NCBI GenBank assembly: GCA_964016885.1
Contig: OZ024743.1
Location: forward strand, 263,686,001 to 263,750,000
Source: Eledone cirrhosa
Taxonomy: Eukaryota
Length of the DNA: 64,000 nt
Reading direction: 5' to 3'
Below are positions 1 through 14,300 of this stretch, piece after piece. Each line of letters begins with the position of its first letter. Position 1 is the first letter of the stretch. Position numbers and translations under genes: made by a program. The notes beneath the pieces were generated by a model that was not told the DNA's origin, ran no database searches, and was given only the letters and a program-made list of their open reading frames with translations.

Positions 1-332
1 GTTTATGCATATACGCGCGTGTGTGTGTGATTGTACGGATATGTGTGAGTATGAGAATATGTGTATACACTTATTTCATATTTATGTGTCTATACGCATC
101 TTATCAGTGCATTATAAACTTACTGAGACATTAACCTTGAAATTTTGTATTTGCATCCATCCTTTTGGTATGCGTATACAAGTTGAGCATACATTTTTGT
201 AAAATATGTGTAAGGGTAGTTACATGTATATACACACACCGAACTGCATTAAACCTTTTGTATTTTCATTGGTCAATTTTGTTCCCAAACGGACCTGAAA
301 TTTTGAATTGTTGTTATTATCAATAAATATAT

Positions 333-486
333 TTCATTATTTCTGAAGACGGCGTATATATGTGTTGGTATGTATATTTAATCTTGATAGTTTGTATAAT
401 TTTGTATAATTTTGTACATAGATCTGTTGAATATGCATGCCAATTCTAACACATATATATCCTAGAAACGATCGTTAAATAATGAA
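333..486 (+). ncRNA. Type I hammerhead ribozyme motif with long stem II
   Basis: Stem I ttcattattt(333-342)/aaataatgaa(477-486). Core CTGAAGA at 343-349 and GAAA at 465-468. Palindromic stem III acgatcgt, predicted cleavage triplet GUU. Stem II arms tatatatgtgttggtatgtatatttaa / ttgaatatgcatgccaa..aacacatatata. Confidence 0.7.
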
Positions 487-678
487 CTTTTTTTGTTTAA
501 TATAAGGAACTGTTTCATTGTTTTATTCATTATTTGTTTAATATTTTATCTTGACTCTGTATACCGTTTATCTTTCACCGAAAGTGATTTTTCATTACAT
601 CTCTTCTTTCCATGATATCCGGAATACATTGAGTTCTTCATACGGATTGGACACTACCGTAAACTCTTGGTAGATTTA

Positions 679-1267
<589 letters not shown>

Positions 1268-1284
1268 CACACATATATATATAC

Positions 1285-1389
<105 letters not shown>

Positions 1390-2249
1390 AGTGTGTGTGT
1401 GTGTATCTGTGTGTGTGGGCGTGCGTGTGTGTGTGATCCTTTCATCTCTAAATAAAATGAAAACAACATGAAATTGCAACAGCAATTCTACACCCAAAGA
1501 GAAAATTAAATATAAAGAATAAACACGCCCATAGAATCATTCTTGCACTAGTGACAGGTTTTACATTTTCTTACAATTTCAGTGGTTGTTATTTCGAGGC
1601 ATTAACGGTTGACAAAAACATCTGTTGTTCTTTGTCACAATTAAAATATTGTCTTAAAATATTGTATTAACAGTTAATCCATCGAATTGTCAATCAACTC
1701 ATATTTTAGATCACCCATCCGTCCGACAGGAAGAACATTACAAATCCTCAAATCCATAGAAAAACATATAAAACAAACAAATTAAAGGGAGAAATAAAAA
1801 TGAAAACAAATATTTGGATTATGAAATAAAATTCATTGGCCTCATTTAAAACAATTTGTGCTGTGAATAGAAATCATTGAAGAATGTCAAGATTGTCATG
1901 GCATTCTATGGTAGCTGTAAAAACATAATCGCTTGTATTCGAATGCTGCTGGACTATGTTTTTTAGGACTTATTAATACATTCACGTATTTATTTATTCA
2001 ATTATTCATTCGATTATTTATCCATCAATCCATTTATTCTTTCATCCATATATTCCTTTCTTCCACCATTTATTCATTTATTCAATCATTTATTTACTAA
2101 TTCTTATCGGGGGATCATTTTAGCACCGTAGGTAATTAATTCACTCCGACAAGCTGTAGATTTAGGTGTTTCTACGCGTGTCATCTTTATAGCATGACTA
2201 GAGTAAAGATATCGAAAGATAATATAAAAGTTGTTTATTATACAGGGCT

Positions 2250-2535
2250 CCTGCCTTTCAAAAGTCTGCTAGGAGGCTCACCAGGCTGATGCTCATCCAG
2301 TTTTCCGTGACGTGGAGCGACTGAGAGTACATGACTTCCCCCTGGACAGGACACCAGTCAATTACAAGATTAACCCCCCAGCTGTTGCTAGTACACACTG
2401 TCAGTTCAATATACTGGAGCAGCATGAAATGAATTCCTTTGATCAAAAATGCAACACACAATCCATTTCAGGAATCGAACCGACGACATTATGATCATGG
2501 GTTCGATTCCTGCACTGGAAAGCCACGCGCCTCAA
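2250..2535 (-). mobile_element. tRNA-derived SINE (degenerate)
   Basis: The minus strand has a B-box-like ggttcgattcc and a gactggtgtcctgtccagggg segment typical of conserved SINE central domains. Confidence 0.55.
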
Positions 2536-4183
2536 CTAGTTCTTGCCTTTGATAGTAGTTAATTTTAAGATGAATTTAATTTAGAAAAAGTGACAATTGT
2601 ACATTAACATGTTTCGCTGTGAAAAATAACAAATGTAAACACATTTTTGTTATCCTCCCTCCCACCAAAAAGAAGAAACACTTATATTGTTTTTACATTT
2701 TTGGCAACACAAAATTGTAGTTGCGCCTACATTCCTTTACGCCATATTTTCTGATAGAGATCGTGTCGGGTACAAAATAATTAATTACGATGTCATACGA
2801 ATGCATATTATGTAAGTTACACTGGTGATTTCAGTTAATTACTAGATTCTGTTGTGCTTAAATATTCAATATTTAAGTTTTTGATTTGTATATACAGTAC
2901 CAAATAGATTATCTGAACATTGCCGTGTCTTTATGCGGAAACATGAAGCATCCCTAATAAATTTTAGTTGATATTTCTGCGTGTTTGCCCCACTTGCTAG
3001 AAATTGCAGCTAAATCTCCTTAAATCATACTCTACCAGCCTTAAAAAAGGATACTAAAACAAAGTGTATGATGTATTGATAACACAATGCTTAATGTACA
3101 CAATATCTGAAAAAAGACGAGTTGATCATGAATGAAATGCTTTTGATCATAACTCTGCTCAACCAACAGCTACATTTAATCAAAATAGAGCCGCAATCGA
3201 TTTTTGTTAAGCTATTATAAAGTAAATTATTTCTCAGAGCACTGTAAAGTATTAAACGGCATATTTTGCTGTAACTTAGTAGAAACATCAACTTGATCGT
3301 AATTTTTCGTCATCACTTAACGTAAAAATAATACCAGCTATTTGAAAAGGATGGAATCCATAATCTAAAAGTATTTTAAAGCATTATATAGTGATATTAT
3401 GCTAGCTCTTGCAATAGGGGTATTAAAGCATGCACCTACCTCCAAATCATCTTGAACCTGTCAAATGACAATTTCTTAAAATCTAAACACCGGTCTTGAC
3501 TGACAAGGAAAACGTAACTCTAGGTAAACAGAAAGGTGCATACAGGCAGCTATGATTAGAAGTTATCTTCTTATATGATACTTCTATACTGACTTCTCCC
3601 CACGAAGAAAAGTATGTGAAATATATTGTAGAGTGAATATTCAAAAGAAATCATAGAAAAACCCACTTGGAAAGATAGTGCTTTCGCGAAACTATAACCT
3701 GAAATAAGGAAAAGAAATAAAATGAATCATTTAAATGAATGAAATTCTCAAAAGTCAATAGCTTTTCAAAAATATATGAAGAGCAGCTAGAGTAAAATTT
3801 GATTTGATATCAATGTATTCAAAATTAATTCATTTAGCAGTTCGTGACTTTACATTCGTACGTGCCATGGATTCGCGCTAGTGTTGAGGCTTTTAGACAA
3901 GGCAAACTTCAGCGGACTTTGTCCTCACAGTTGAAGCAAAAGATAACATTGTTATTTTGTAAGGTTTGTTTTATTGCTCCGTTCGTCATATCATCATCAT
4001 CATCATCATCATCATCATTTTTATTATTGCGTGTCGTCACTGCATTACCGAACACAGTTGTGTGTGCCTTTGTGTATGTGCAGTGTTGTTGTGTGTTGTT
4101 ATTTCTATTGTATTGAGATTACTTTTAGTCTAGTAGTCCTATTTTCTCCAGGCTGTATGTATTTGTATGTCCTACGGCTTTCG

Positions 4184-4268
<85 letters not shown>

Positions 4269-4379
4269 AACATTCCTAGAGCATTAGGGATCGTTTCTGT
4301 TTCCATCCGCCACATTCGGGTAATTTCTATTTCAAGATCTTTATATTCTCCCTTTCCTTGATAGATATATTGCTGTGTA

Positions 4380-4600
4380 CGGTGGATTAGCAGCATCGAT
4401 AGTGCGTCGGACAAGATGCTTTGCGACATAGAGTTACGTCCCTTTAAGTTCTGAGTTCAAATGTGGCCGAGGTTTGCTTTGCCTTTCTTTCTTACAGGTC
4501 GGTAAATAAAAGTACCAGTATAGCACTGGGGCCAATTTAATCGACTTTCCCTTTCCCCATAAATTGTTGGCCTTGCACATACATCAGAAACCATTATTAT
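4380..4600 (+). mobile_element. tRNA-derived SINE, Nin/Deu-domain-like (family A)
   Basis: ggtggattagcagcatcg..gagttcaaat..tttgcctttc..taaaataaaagtaccag. Homologous to the copies at 5089, 40148, 45110 and 45341. Confidence 0.75.
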
Positions 4601-5088
4601 TTTTCATGGATCGATACTTGTGGCCAATAAATGAAATCATTCTCATTTTTCATGGTCTGAGAAACGATTAACACTCAAATGAGAATACTCTATCAATATA
4701 TTTAGATTCTAGTATGGTGGAACGATGTTGTCGCTAATCAGTCGATAATTTTACAGAAATGGTAGTGTATTAATCTTGTTGAGTTTGTAACAAATCCTGA
4801 AATAGCTAGCTGGCATTCTCATCACTACTGAGATACCTGTGGCATGATCACAGCTTTAAAACAATCATAACGAGGTTTTTGTATGTTTATTATACTTAAC
4901 ATATTGCATATATTTTCATATACACTCGTATATATAAGGTTGTATAATGTCATTAAATGACTTACTATATTGCTATAATTACACATTCTGACATGTGTAT
5001 CTTATCCATATGTATTTCATACCTCCTTAACCTCTTCGTTCACTCTCAATGAGTAGATGTGAGAAAGATTAGCTATTATTATTCTAAT

Positions 5089-5279
5089 CGGTGGATTGGC
5101 AGTATCGGTTGAGGGTCGGACGCCATGCTTTGCAGCAAAGAGTTACGGCCCTTTATGATCTGAGTTCAAATCCCGCCGAGGTTAACTTTGCCTTTCATCC
5201 TTACGGGGTCGATAAAATAAAGTACCAGTAACGTACTGGTGAATTGCTGGCCTTGTGCCAAAAGTAGAAACAATTATTC
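5089..5279 (+). mobile_element. SINE family A
   Basis: A/B-box-like head, then gcctttcatccttacggggtcgataaaataaagtaccag and tail gctggccttgtgccaaaagtagaaacaattatt. Confidence 0.85.
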
Positions 5280-5299
5280 TTCAACGTCCAACTATATGA

Positions 5300-5795
5300 T
5301 CAATCTCGTTGTCATGATGGTCATCATTCTCATCATCATCCTCGTCGTCATCACCATTGTCGTCTCATTATCATCTTTGTCGTCGTCGTCATCATCATTG
5401 TCTTTGTCATCATCCTCGTCGTCATCATCATTCTCGTCATCCTTCTCAACACCATCTTCGTCGTCGTCGTCGTCATCATCAACGTTGTGGTTATTTTGGA
5501 CATTGTTTATCTCGTCGTCATTAGAGATGTTGACATCATCATCATCGTCGATATTATCATAATCGTTATTGATATCGCTGCACTCCTTTTGATTGTCATC
5601 GTAACCATCTACCAATACCCCCTCCTCCTCCTCCTCCTACTCAACCACCACCACCACTACCATATCACCCCCTTCTTCTTCTTCTTCTTCTTCTTCTTCT
5701 TCTTCTTCTTCTTCTTCTTCTTCTTCTTCTTCTTCTTCTTCTTCTTCCTCCTCCTCCCCCTCTCCCGCTCCTCATCCACTTCTCCACCACCATCA
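5300..5795. repeat. Compound trinucleotide low-complexity tract (TCA/TCG, CCT, CCA, TTC)
   Basis: Direct reading. (TTC)n runs 5672-5746. Confidence 0.95.
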
Positions 5796-6116
5796 TATTA
5801 TATAATGGTATTTACTACAGTACTTACTAGCGAATTACTGGTCTCAAGTATTTAAAAGATATATAATTACGAAAATGTCAATCAAACTAGAATTCCAATA
5901 GAATTGCTACTGAGCAAGCTTTTAAGTTGTCACGCAATCACACAAGGCTTCTTCACATCTTACCGACTCAAATAAATAGGAAGTAGACGGGATAATGTAG
6001 ATCGAATAATACTGAAACTGAAATATCAGTCAGGATGGTCACGATTGGAACATCTTTCATCATATGTCTGTGTGATAAGTAATTATCCGAGGTTCTACAA
6101 TGACACGCCATCTCAT

Positions 6117-6170
<54 letters not shown>

Positions 6171-6189
6171 CCTCTCTCCCTCTCTTTCA

Positions 6190-6223
<34 letters not shown>

Positions 6224-6378
6224 TTTTTTTTGTTGTATATGTTGGTTGTTTACCGACACCTAAGTATGCAGATTGGAGCACTCGACGAAGTACGCAGGTT
6301 GGTTTTACTCCGGAGTAATGTAAAATAATTAAGTCAAATATGTAAAATTTAGCTTCGTTTATTATAAATTATAGATAT

Positions 6379-6433
6379 ACTGCTATATATATTTCGGTGA
6401 CAGCCATCATTGGCTGTGACCTCTTCAGGCAGT
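6379..6433 (-). ncRNA. Minimal type I hammerhead ribozyme
   Basis: Minus strand reads actgc CTGAAGA ggtcacagcca-atga-tggctgtcacc GAAA tatata TA gcagt. A homolog lies at 52499-52554. Confidence 0.8.
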
Positions 6434-7309
6434 CCGAATTGGTGTGGGAAAGACAGGTACACATGTTGTTGAAGTGTGTTTTACTCCGTCAATACATCGA
6501 TATGTCCAGCTCCTGGTTGTGTTGTTATTTCTCTGAGGAACTGGAATAATATGATTCCAGTTCCACAGAGAATTGGAAGTTCCTATAAGGGCAGGCTATA
6601 CAACGATATATCCGAGGTATCTGTCCATCGCTCTACCTATCTTCAGGAATTTAGATATTGTTATAAATTTCAAGAATAATACATAAGATAACTTCATACC
6701 AATCGCTGAGGTTCATACCATATCAATTAATGCATTGCAAATTAAAAGCACATTCAAAAGCAACAGCAAAGCATTATACCACATGATTCCCATTATACCA
6801 TATGTATTTATAGATGTATTTGTGCTGAAAGAACGTGTTCATAATAGAAGGACCACTAATAGAACAGAAATCTAATAAGGCCTCTCCTTCGTATTTCATC
6901 AGGATCGCTGTTCCTTCTCATCACTCTTTTCCATGTCAAGTAGTCAGTGCCAACATGTTCATTGAAGCTTCCCATATGAATTAGATTTAATCACATAAAC
7001 ATACATTATATGCTTTCATATACACCCATATGACTCTTAATGCAAGAGAAATTGTGATATACTAGAGAAATGATGATATAGATAAAGAAATAGAAAAGAA
7101 ATTATAAAAATGAAGACAAATTTTCATTCTATTTAATAACGGAAATAAGCATGTTGCCTATTAATAGTAAATCTGTTTATACACATTCTATAGCTTTCTA
7201 TAGCTCTTTTCACACGCACATACATAGACACAAGCACACTCATACACATATGTGTATTTACGCATGCAAATAAAGTGGTACTGACGAAAGCGTGACAAAT
7301 GTTTTAAAT

Positions 7310-8040
7310 ATATATTTCCCACTTACAACGCACTACCTCCAGTCTCTCCATCCTGCCCAATATCCATCAAAACAATATCGTCAGTCATTCTCTGTTCATT
7401 TCTGTCTGCAACTGGCACACTGATCTCATCCCGGTTGTTATTTCCCTTTTCAAATGTCATCCTTCATGATGATGGGTGCACTTGACGACGTAAAATGATT
7501 TAGCGTAGCACCACTACATTCTCCAGTACATTGATCTCGTCCTCAGCCTAAAATGCTTTTCCTACTCCAGATTTGTCTACCATCGTACAACTGGAGAGTC
7601 TATGAGAACCAGTGTGAGACTCAAACATGCAAACCTTTATCTTGGTCGTCTTCAGGGAAAAAGCTTCATCAAATACTACAGTTATCGCTTTGTTGCTCTA
7701 CTACAACTCTGCATAGAATTCACGTATATTTTTTCCACAAGACTTCTTCAACATTTCCGTCATCCGGTAATCCCCAATCATTTGCCTTTGCCTAGTCTGT
7801 AGTCCTACCTCTGGCATCGGAGCCTAGTCTCATAAAAGTTTTCATTAATAGAGACAGTGTGATACCTCCAAATAGCTAATTACGCTCTGCCATTGTTATT
7901 GATAGTCTCTCCGCCCTCAAGATTTATAACCATACTGCCACCCCTCATCTCGTTTTTCTGACCTTCCATTTCCTTGCCATACCATTACAAAAATGTCTGT
8001 CTCCTATAGGCTGACATAGTTACTACTCTTCTTTCAATAC
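7310..8040 (+). mobile_element. Highly degenerate Penelope-like RT remnant
   Basis: TGESMRTSVRLKHANLYLGRLQ near 7590-7655 resembles the PLE GxAMGxxxxPxYANLFxG motif. An LPxIH-like remnant lies near 7350. Confidence 0.45.
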
Positions 8041-8702
8041 ATTTTTTTTCCTTCAAAAGGTGGCCAGGTCAGCTTCTGGTCTATAGATGTTTTTTCGTCT
8101 TCTTTCGGTGTCCGTCACACCCATCCTATATACATTGACTTTGGTGGCAACACCGGTCTTGTTATGGGATCTAACTTTTCCTATGGCAACGACCGTTTCA
8201 TTTGTAATACGAAGAGCATTACTTGCTACATAAAATACCGACTTTGCCCTGTACTGGAAAAAACCAGCTGGACGGGGTAAATATAATTTGAGAGGGCATA
8301 ACTGACGACAGACGAAAAAATAAGAGATCACTCAAACAAATATCTCATACGGTGCATGTTTAATTAATTAAACCTAATAAATGCACCATTTGATTTAATG
8401 TCGTTGAATTCTAAACATGCTGATATTCGTGCCATGTCTCCCATTCATATCAAATCCCCACAAAATGTGAGTTAAATGGTTAGTAATGCTCTACACTTAA
8501 CCAGTAGCTATCGATACCAACAGGCGATTCTCATTTTGATATTTTTGTTCAAATGGGGAGACGTCGTCCTTGACAGATTTTTAAAACGCTGTATGACTGG
8601 ACAGAGAACAGCCGAATTAAAATATGCCCACAATGAATACAGAATAGAATTTGGGATTGGAAACATTATGGTCTCAGAATAGAGAGAATCTAACACAGTA
8701 CA

Positions 8703-8771
<69 letters not shown>

Positions 8772-8812
8772 ATGTGTATGGTTGTGTGTATGTGGATCTC
8801 CCTCTTTCCATC

Positions 8813-8927
<115 letters not shown>

Positions 8928-9699
8928 GATCTTGAAAAGCATACTTTCGTTTAACTCACGGAAATAACTTTGTTGAAGTGAAAAAATGTCTTTATTTCGA
9001 GCAGTAAAAGCACTAATGTAACCTTAGCAATCATGTAAAGCCGAAAAACATCGTCTTTCATGTGTTTCCCCTCCCATCGATGATTAAGTAGATATAAGTC
9101 TAAGGTGTATAATCAATAAAGATTCATTTACTGCTCTCGTCGCCGTTATCGTTTTCTTCTTTTCAATTTTGTTTTTCTAGTTTAAGTGTTTTGAAGTGGG
9201 GGAGAACTATTGGAGCTCTCATAAGCTAAAATTGATTAGAAAAGACAAAATAAAATGTTTTTTTTAATGTAGAAAAGGAAATGACATATTAAAAATACAA
9301 TTAATTGTAGTTAGTTCTTTCCCATAGAAAGATATTTTAGATCTACAAAACTATTCATCTTTTTCATTATACGGTGAATTCTTTCCCCACCACCTCTCCC
9401 CATACGTATCTCTTTATTTTACTGCTTCTCTTCATAAATAGTTTACCACGAATTATTACCAGACTTGTTAGAAAATTATAGATAGAAAATAAACTAAAAT
9501 TGCTGGAGGTAACTTGGCATTCCTAATCTGGTAACAAAATTAGATTACTTTAGAAATAATAAGATATTTTAATAAAACAAATTCTTTGGAAACATCTGAA
9601 AACCCGACATGTTCTTGTTTCGAAGCTTTATGCAACTTAGAACAATGTGTTTATCATATCTTGCTGTTATGATTGCCAAACAAAACATCTACAGTTCCT

Positions 9700-9890
9700 C
9701 AGACCTGCCAACCTCTAATAAACGGGGAATACCTTGAAAAAAGTGCCAGAAAGTGGGGGGAAATGAGTTAAAATGGGGGGGGGGATTTTACTCCATGAAA
9801 GCTATACTCTTTTTCACAAAACGGGGAGAGAGGGAGAAATGAGCCAAAACAGGGAAATCTCCTCGTCGGAGGGGGAGAGTTGACAGGTAT
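9700..9890. mobile_element. MITE (possibly hAT-like)
   Basis: Imperfect TIRs cagacctgccaac / gttgacaggtat, flanked by a duplicated agttcct (9693-9699 and 9891-9897). Confidence 0.6.
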
Positions 9891-11297
9891 AGTTCCTATA
9901 ACTTCAGTTGCACTGGACGATTAGTAGATATTACACTAAACTCTATCGTGTACTATTATATCTATTTGTAAATAAGTACTACACAAAAACCGAATCAATG
10001 TTGCATTAAACGTGTTGAATCATTTAAATCTTCCAGTTGTTCATAACAGTGACATGGCTCTGGCTTGGCTGAAATAATTTGATTGCAATACAAAATATGA
10101 AGATGAAACCATTGAGGATGCAACAGATTAGTGGGGTCTCATTTAAAGAAACATATAAGACTAACAGCGTTGTAATAAGCTTAGAGAACAAGGGATACAA
10201 ATTATTGACGGTGATATGCTTATATTCATAATCTTGGATTATAAATGTCTAAATCTTTATTGCATTGGTATAATTAACGTTAAGCACTAGGGTCCCACCC
10301 TGTTGCATATATAGAACATAGTTAAGCGGAGAAAAGAATATATAATTCCTATAACATTAACATGATGAACTAAAATTAAATATGCGGCAAATATAGCTAG
10401 AATATTAATTCGTATTTAATATTATACTTTCATTATTGATTATGTACAAGTACGAGAGAGAATTTTATACTTGTTTCCCCCTTTCTAAAGTGTAGTAACG
10501 TCTTAATTTGTCGAAATATTCCTTATTACACTATACTTTTGCAGAATGAAGCGACCAAATCACAGCCCCGGCTATTAAGAAACAGCCTATACCACAAGTT
10601 TATATACATACATACATTTATATATATATAAGTTTCTACCGGGTTCAATCGGGGGTAACCACAGTAAGTAAGGTACTCAATACATAGAAGAATATAAACA
10701 TTTAATATAGAAATGGCTTCTACAGGACTAGAACTGTTTCATTCGAAGGAACTCATCATTTTTTGCTGGTGACCTTTTATACCATTTGCGATAACATGGA
10801 CATTTCCACGTTGTTTCTTTCCCCCTTGTCGATTATAGTGATCTTAATTCTGCAACCACACTAACTCCATCTATTCTTACTCCCTAGAAAGTCAGCCCTC
10901 TGGTATCCAGACCATGTATCTATTTTTCCCCAGACTTTCAACAATACTGGAGAAGTGTTAACCGCATTGATCTCATCGGTCTTGGAAGTTCACTGAAGGC
11001 CACATGCACAGTACTTTCCTCTCGACTAACCCAAACCCAACGTACAGTATAACATACCATATGTACATACGTATATTCTAACATGATATAGATGGGTGTG
11101 GTTTCAGTATGAGTTATTAACTCTAACTTTCATTTATATTTCGGCTCCCTCAAGAGGTGAGCTTATTAAGTCGCGTGTGTTGGACTGTTATTTCTAACCA
11201 ATACACTCACACCACTTTTGACTTACGGCACACGAGGTGATGACTTCATTTTTCTGTGTGAACGTTAGTACTAGGTGTTTGTCGCATTTAATCAGAT

Positions 11298-11379
11298 TCT
11301 CTCGCTGATGATGTCCGTGGATTATCTGTTACAAACATAATCAGGACGAAAAAGATTAATCCCTAATCTCTCCGAGAGA
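11298..11379 (+). ncRNA. Type I hammerhead ribozyme
   Basis: tctctcg CTGATGA t gtcc..ggac GAAA a agatta-atccc-taatct c TC cgagaga. All three helices pair. Confidence 0.8.
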
Positions 11380-11529
11380 TATAATAGTTATTGAGGCGGT
11401 TTGTATAATATAATTTAATTTTATTTTATCATTCTGTCTGCTTCATGGTTAAATATTTCAAACAAATGTGGTTCTTCAACCCTCGTAATATTAGACACGA
11501 TTTACTGTGTTTCTTACTACATATATTAT

Positions 11530-11609
<80 letters not shown>

Positions 11610-11632
11610 TATCTATATATATACCTATATCC

Positions 11633-11763
<131 letters not shown>

Positions 11764-13129
11764 TATAATGTGTGTACGCGTCTCTTTCTCTGTTACTTTT
11801 GACAGTTTGACAGTTGGAGAATTTAGTATGATTGTGATCTCAGGAAATGTGTGATCGTTTGAGTAGGAAGAAAGCAGTATAGAATTGTTGTTAAAAATCT
11901 TATGCCATGACAACATCTTCAGTCTCGTGTTTTAATAGAATACTTCAGACTCTTTTGTACTTGCCATTTACTTATTCTTTTGTGAATATATGATTAATTC
12001 TCAAAGAAACATACGTGACTCTCTATTTATATAACCTTATAATAGGTCAGTTGAATCAGTACAATCTGTAGAATAGAGGGTGATTATTCATATATATATT
12101 CAAAATATATTTACGCTGTAAAGATATTTTATTACACAACATATGCTTGTTTCATCTTCACCAAGCAAAATATCCGCACTTTTAAATCTTTTAAATTTTG
12201 CATGTCTGGAGAAAGGGTCAGTGCACAGGAAAGATCGATGTCGGTGATATTCTGTTTAAATTGTTTTGATGTACTCCTATGGGAATGATAAGAGCAAGGA
12301 GTGTGTTCCAGATAATAAACGTTCTTGACAGGGTGTACTGAGCATAACGGTCAGTGCTGGGTTTGAGGTGTGGTGTTGGAGAAAACTTGGGTTATGAGAG
12401 GAGAGACAAGAGTGAGTGAGGATTGTTTAAATAGGGATGGCATGATTTTAGCAAACTGCGACTGGGATGCAGCCCCTATACTAACGGTAAAATAAATCAG
12501 GAAAAGACACAAGACGTTTGTGAGTCAGAAGATTGAGTGCCCTGACTGTGATCTAGGATACCGGTCAGTGTAACAGTAGCACTGTCACAAATATCAGAGA
12601 GTATTTTATTGTGGGTTTCATCTGAGCTCTACAGAAGGCCATTAGTTGCTAAACGCTGACGAGCTAGTCGTTGGGATGTACCGTGATCTGATGTTCTCCA
12701 TGAAAAATCTTCGGTCATTTTATATTCATTAAGAGCTTGAATTAATTATTCCTGTACATCTATGGTCCATACATAACTTTATATCACCTTAGCTTTGACA
12801 TAAATTCACTAATAATATAAATTTAAAACCTTCTCAGCTGTATATTTCTAATATGAAGTATCGAATCTTGTATCTAGAGATGCTGGACTTTTGGAACAAC
12901 ACTATGGAATACATTTCCTGAAGTAGATTCGAACGTTTACCATATTTGTAAGTTTGTATGACTCAATAATTCCTGTTGGAGTCGTAAGGATGCCATAGTG
13001 TCATGCAGCTTTTGGGGTATACATTTTAAAACCTGGTGGAGCCCATCCCTACTACAGGTCTGAATGGTGCTTATTTCTCCTAGATAAGGAAAGAAAGAGT
13101 GATAGAGAGAAGAAGTGAGAAAGAGATAT

Positions 13130-13240
13130 AGAGGAAAGGCAAAGTTGACCTCGGGGGGATTTGAACTGAGAGTGTGGAGAGCTGGAACGAATACCATAAA
13201 GCATTATGCCTAACGACTCTGCCTTTTCCCCACCTACCAT
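13130..13240 (-). mobile_element. SINE family A, partial
   Basis: aaaggcaaagttgacctcgggggatttgaactgagag is the reverse complement of the family A head. Confidence 0.6.
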
Positions 13241-13764
13241 TATTTACTTTAATATGAATGATGTAGCTGGGTAAACATTTTCTAAAAATAAAATACAGAA
13301 TACTAAACTTTATTTGGATTCGAATGCTCGCCTTTTTTTATATTACACAATAGATGATTACTTTAATTCCAAAAGATATAAAAAAACAATTTTACTAGAC
13401 GATAAGATGTCACGTAAATAATAAAAAAAAATAGGATATCGTATTTTGTTTGGAAAATAGTCAAAATCGGCTTGCTGAGAGAGGGGGAGGTTGATGGCCA
13501 AAGTTCAATAACCATTCCTTCAGAGGTGGGGCTACATGTTCAGAGAAAATAAAACAAATGTGAACCAATGAAAATATGTTTTAACTTTCACTTTGTTGTT
13601 TCATGAAGACTTACAACACTAGCAAACTTCACGCTTTTGTTGTGTCTTACAAACAAAACTTGCTATCGTCACGATTTCTGTTGAAGCCGCACCAAAAGCA
13701 TATGATGATGTCCTTTTATCTATAAGTTATAACTAAAATATATGACGCAATCATTATCACTATC

Positions 13765-13972
13765 AGCTATCAAGGAGATGCATCTGGGAGCGATGACTAA
13801 TTTTTCGGAGGCTGAAGTCACAAGACCAATTAAAGAATTCAAATGTCGGAAGGCCGCTCGAGAGGAAGAAATTTGCCCCAAGATGTTAAACGCCTTAAAT
13901 AGGGAAGATATTTTCTTGTTGACACGTGTGTGTTGGGTGGCCGGGATCTCAGAAAAGGCACCTAATCAATGA
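13765..13972 (+). mobile_element. RTE-type LINE remnant (pre-RT region)
   Basis: EAEVTRPIKEFKCRKAAREEEICPKMLNAL...P resembles the EV..AI..L..GKAAG.D.I.PEMLKAL consensus. Confidence 0.55.
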
Positions 13973-14300
13973 TGTTTTCATAGCCGAAGTCTGTTTCCAT
14001 GAAAACATCATTTCCATCAGTTCCTTGTCTTTAGATTGGATTGCCTTGGAAATGTAACCTTATTTCATAAGTTGCTGTTTAATGATATAACGTGACTGAT
14101 TATAAAATGGAACAATCATGTAGCCACGATCGCCATTGAAATATGTATCATAGCTCCATCACCGACTGACAACTCATATTTGGAAGAAAATATATGACGT
14201 TAAAGGCTTAAATCGTATTGTGTCATTATTCACTGATTTGTGCGTTGCATAAGCAACCTCAATTAGTCAACATGATTACTGTAAGTATATATATGTATGT

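Noticed and set aside
5292-5615. Acidic poly-Asp ORF
   Set aside because: It comes from a degenerate (GAT/GAC)n tract with no other coding evidence.
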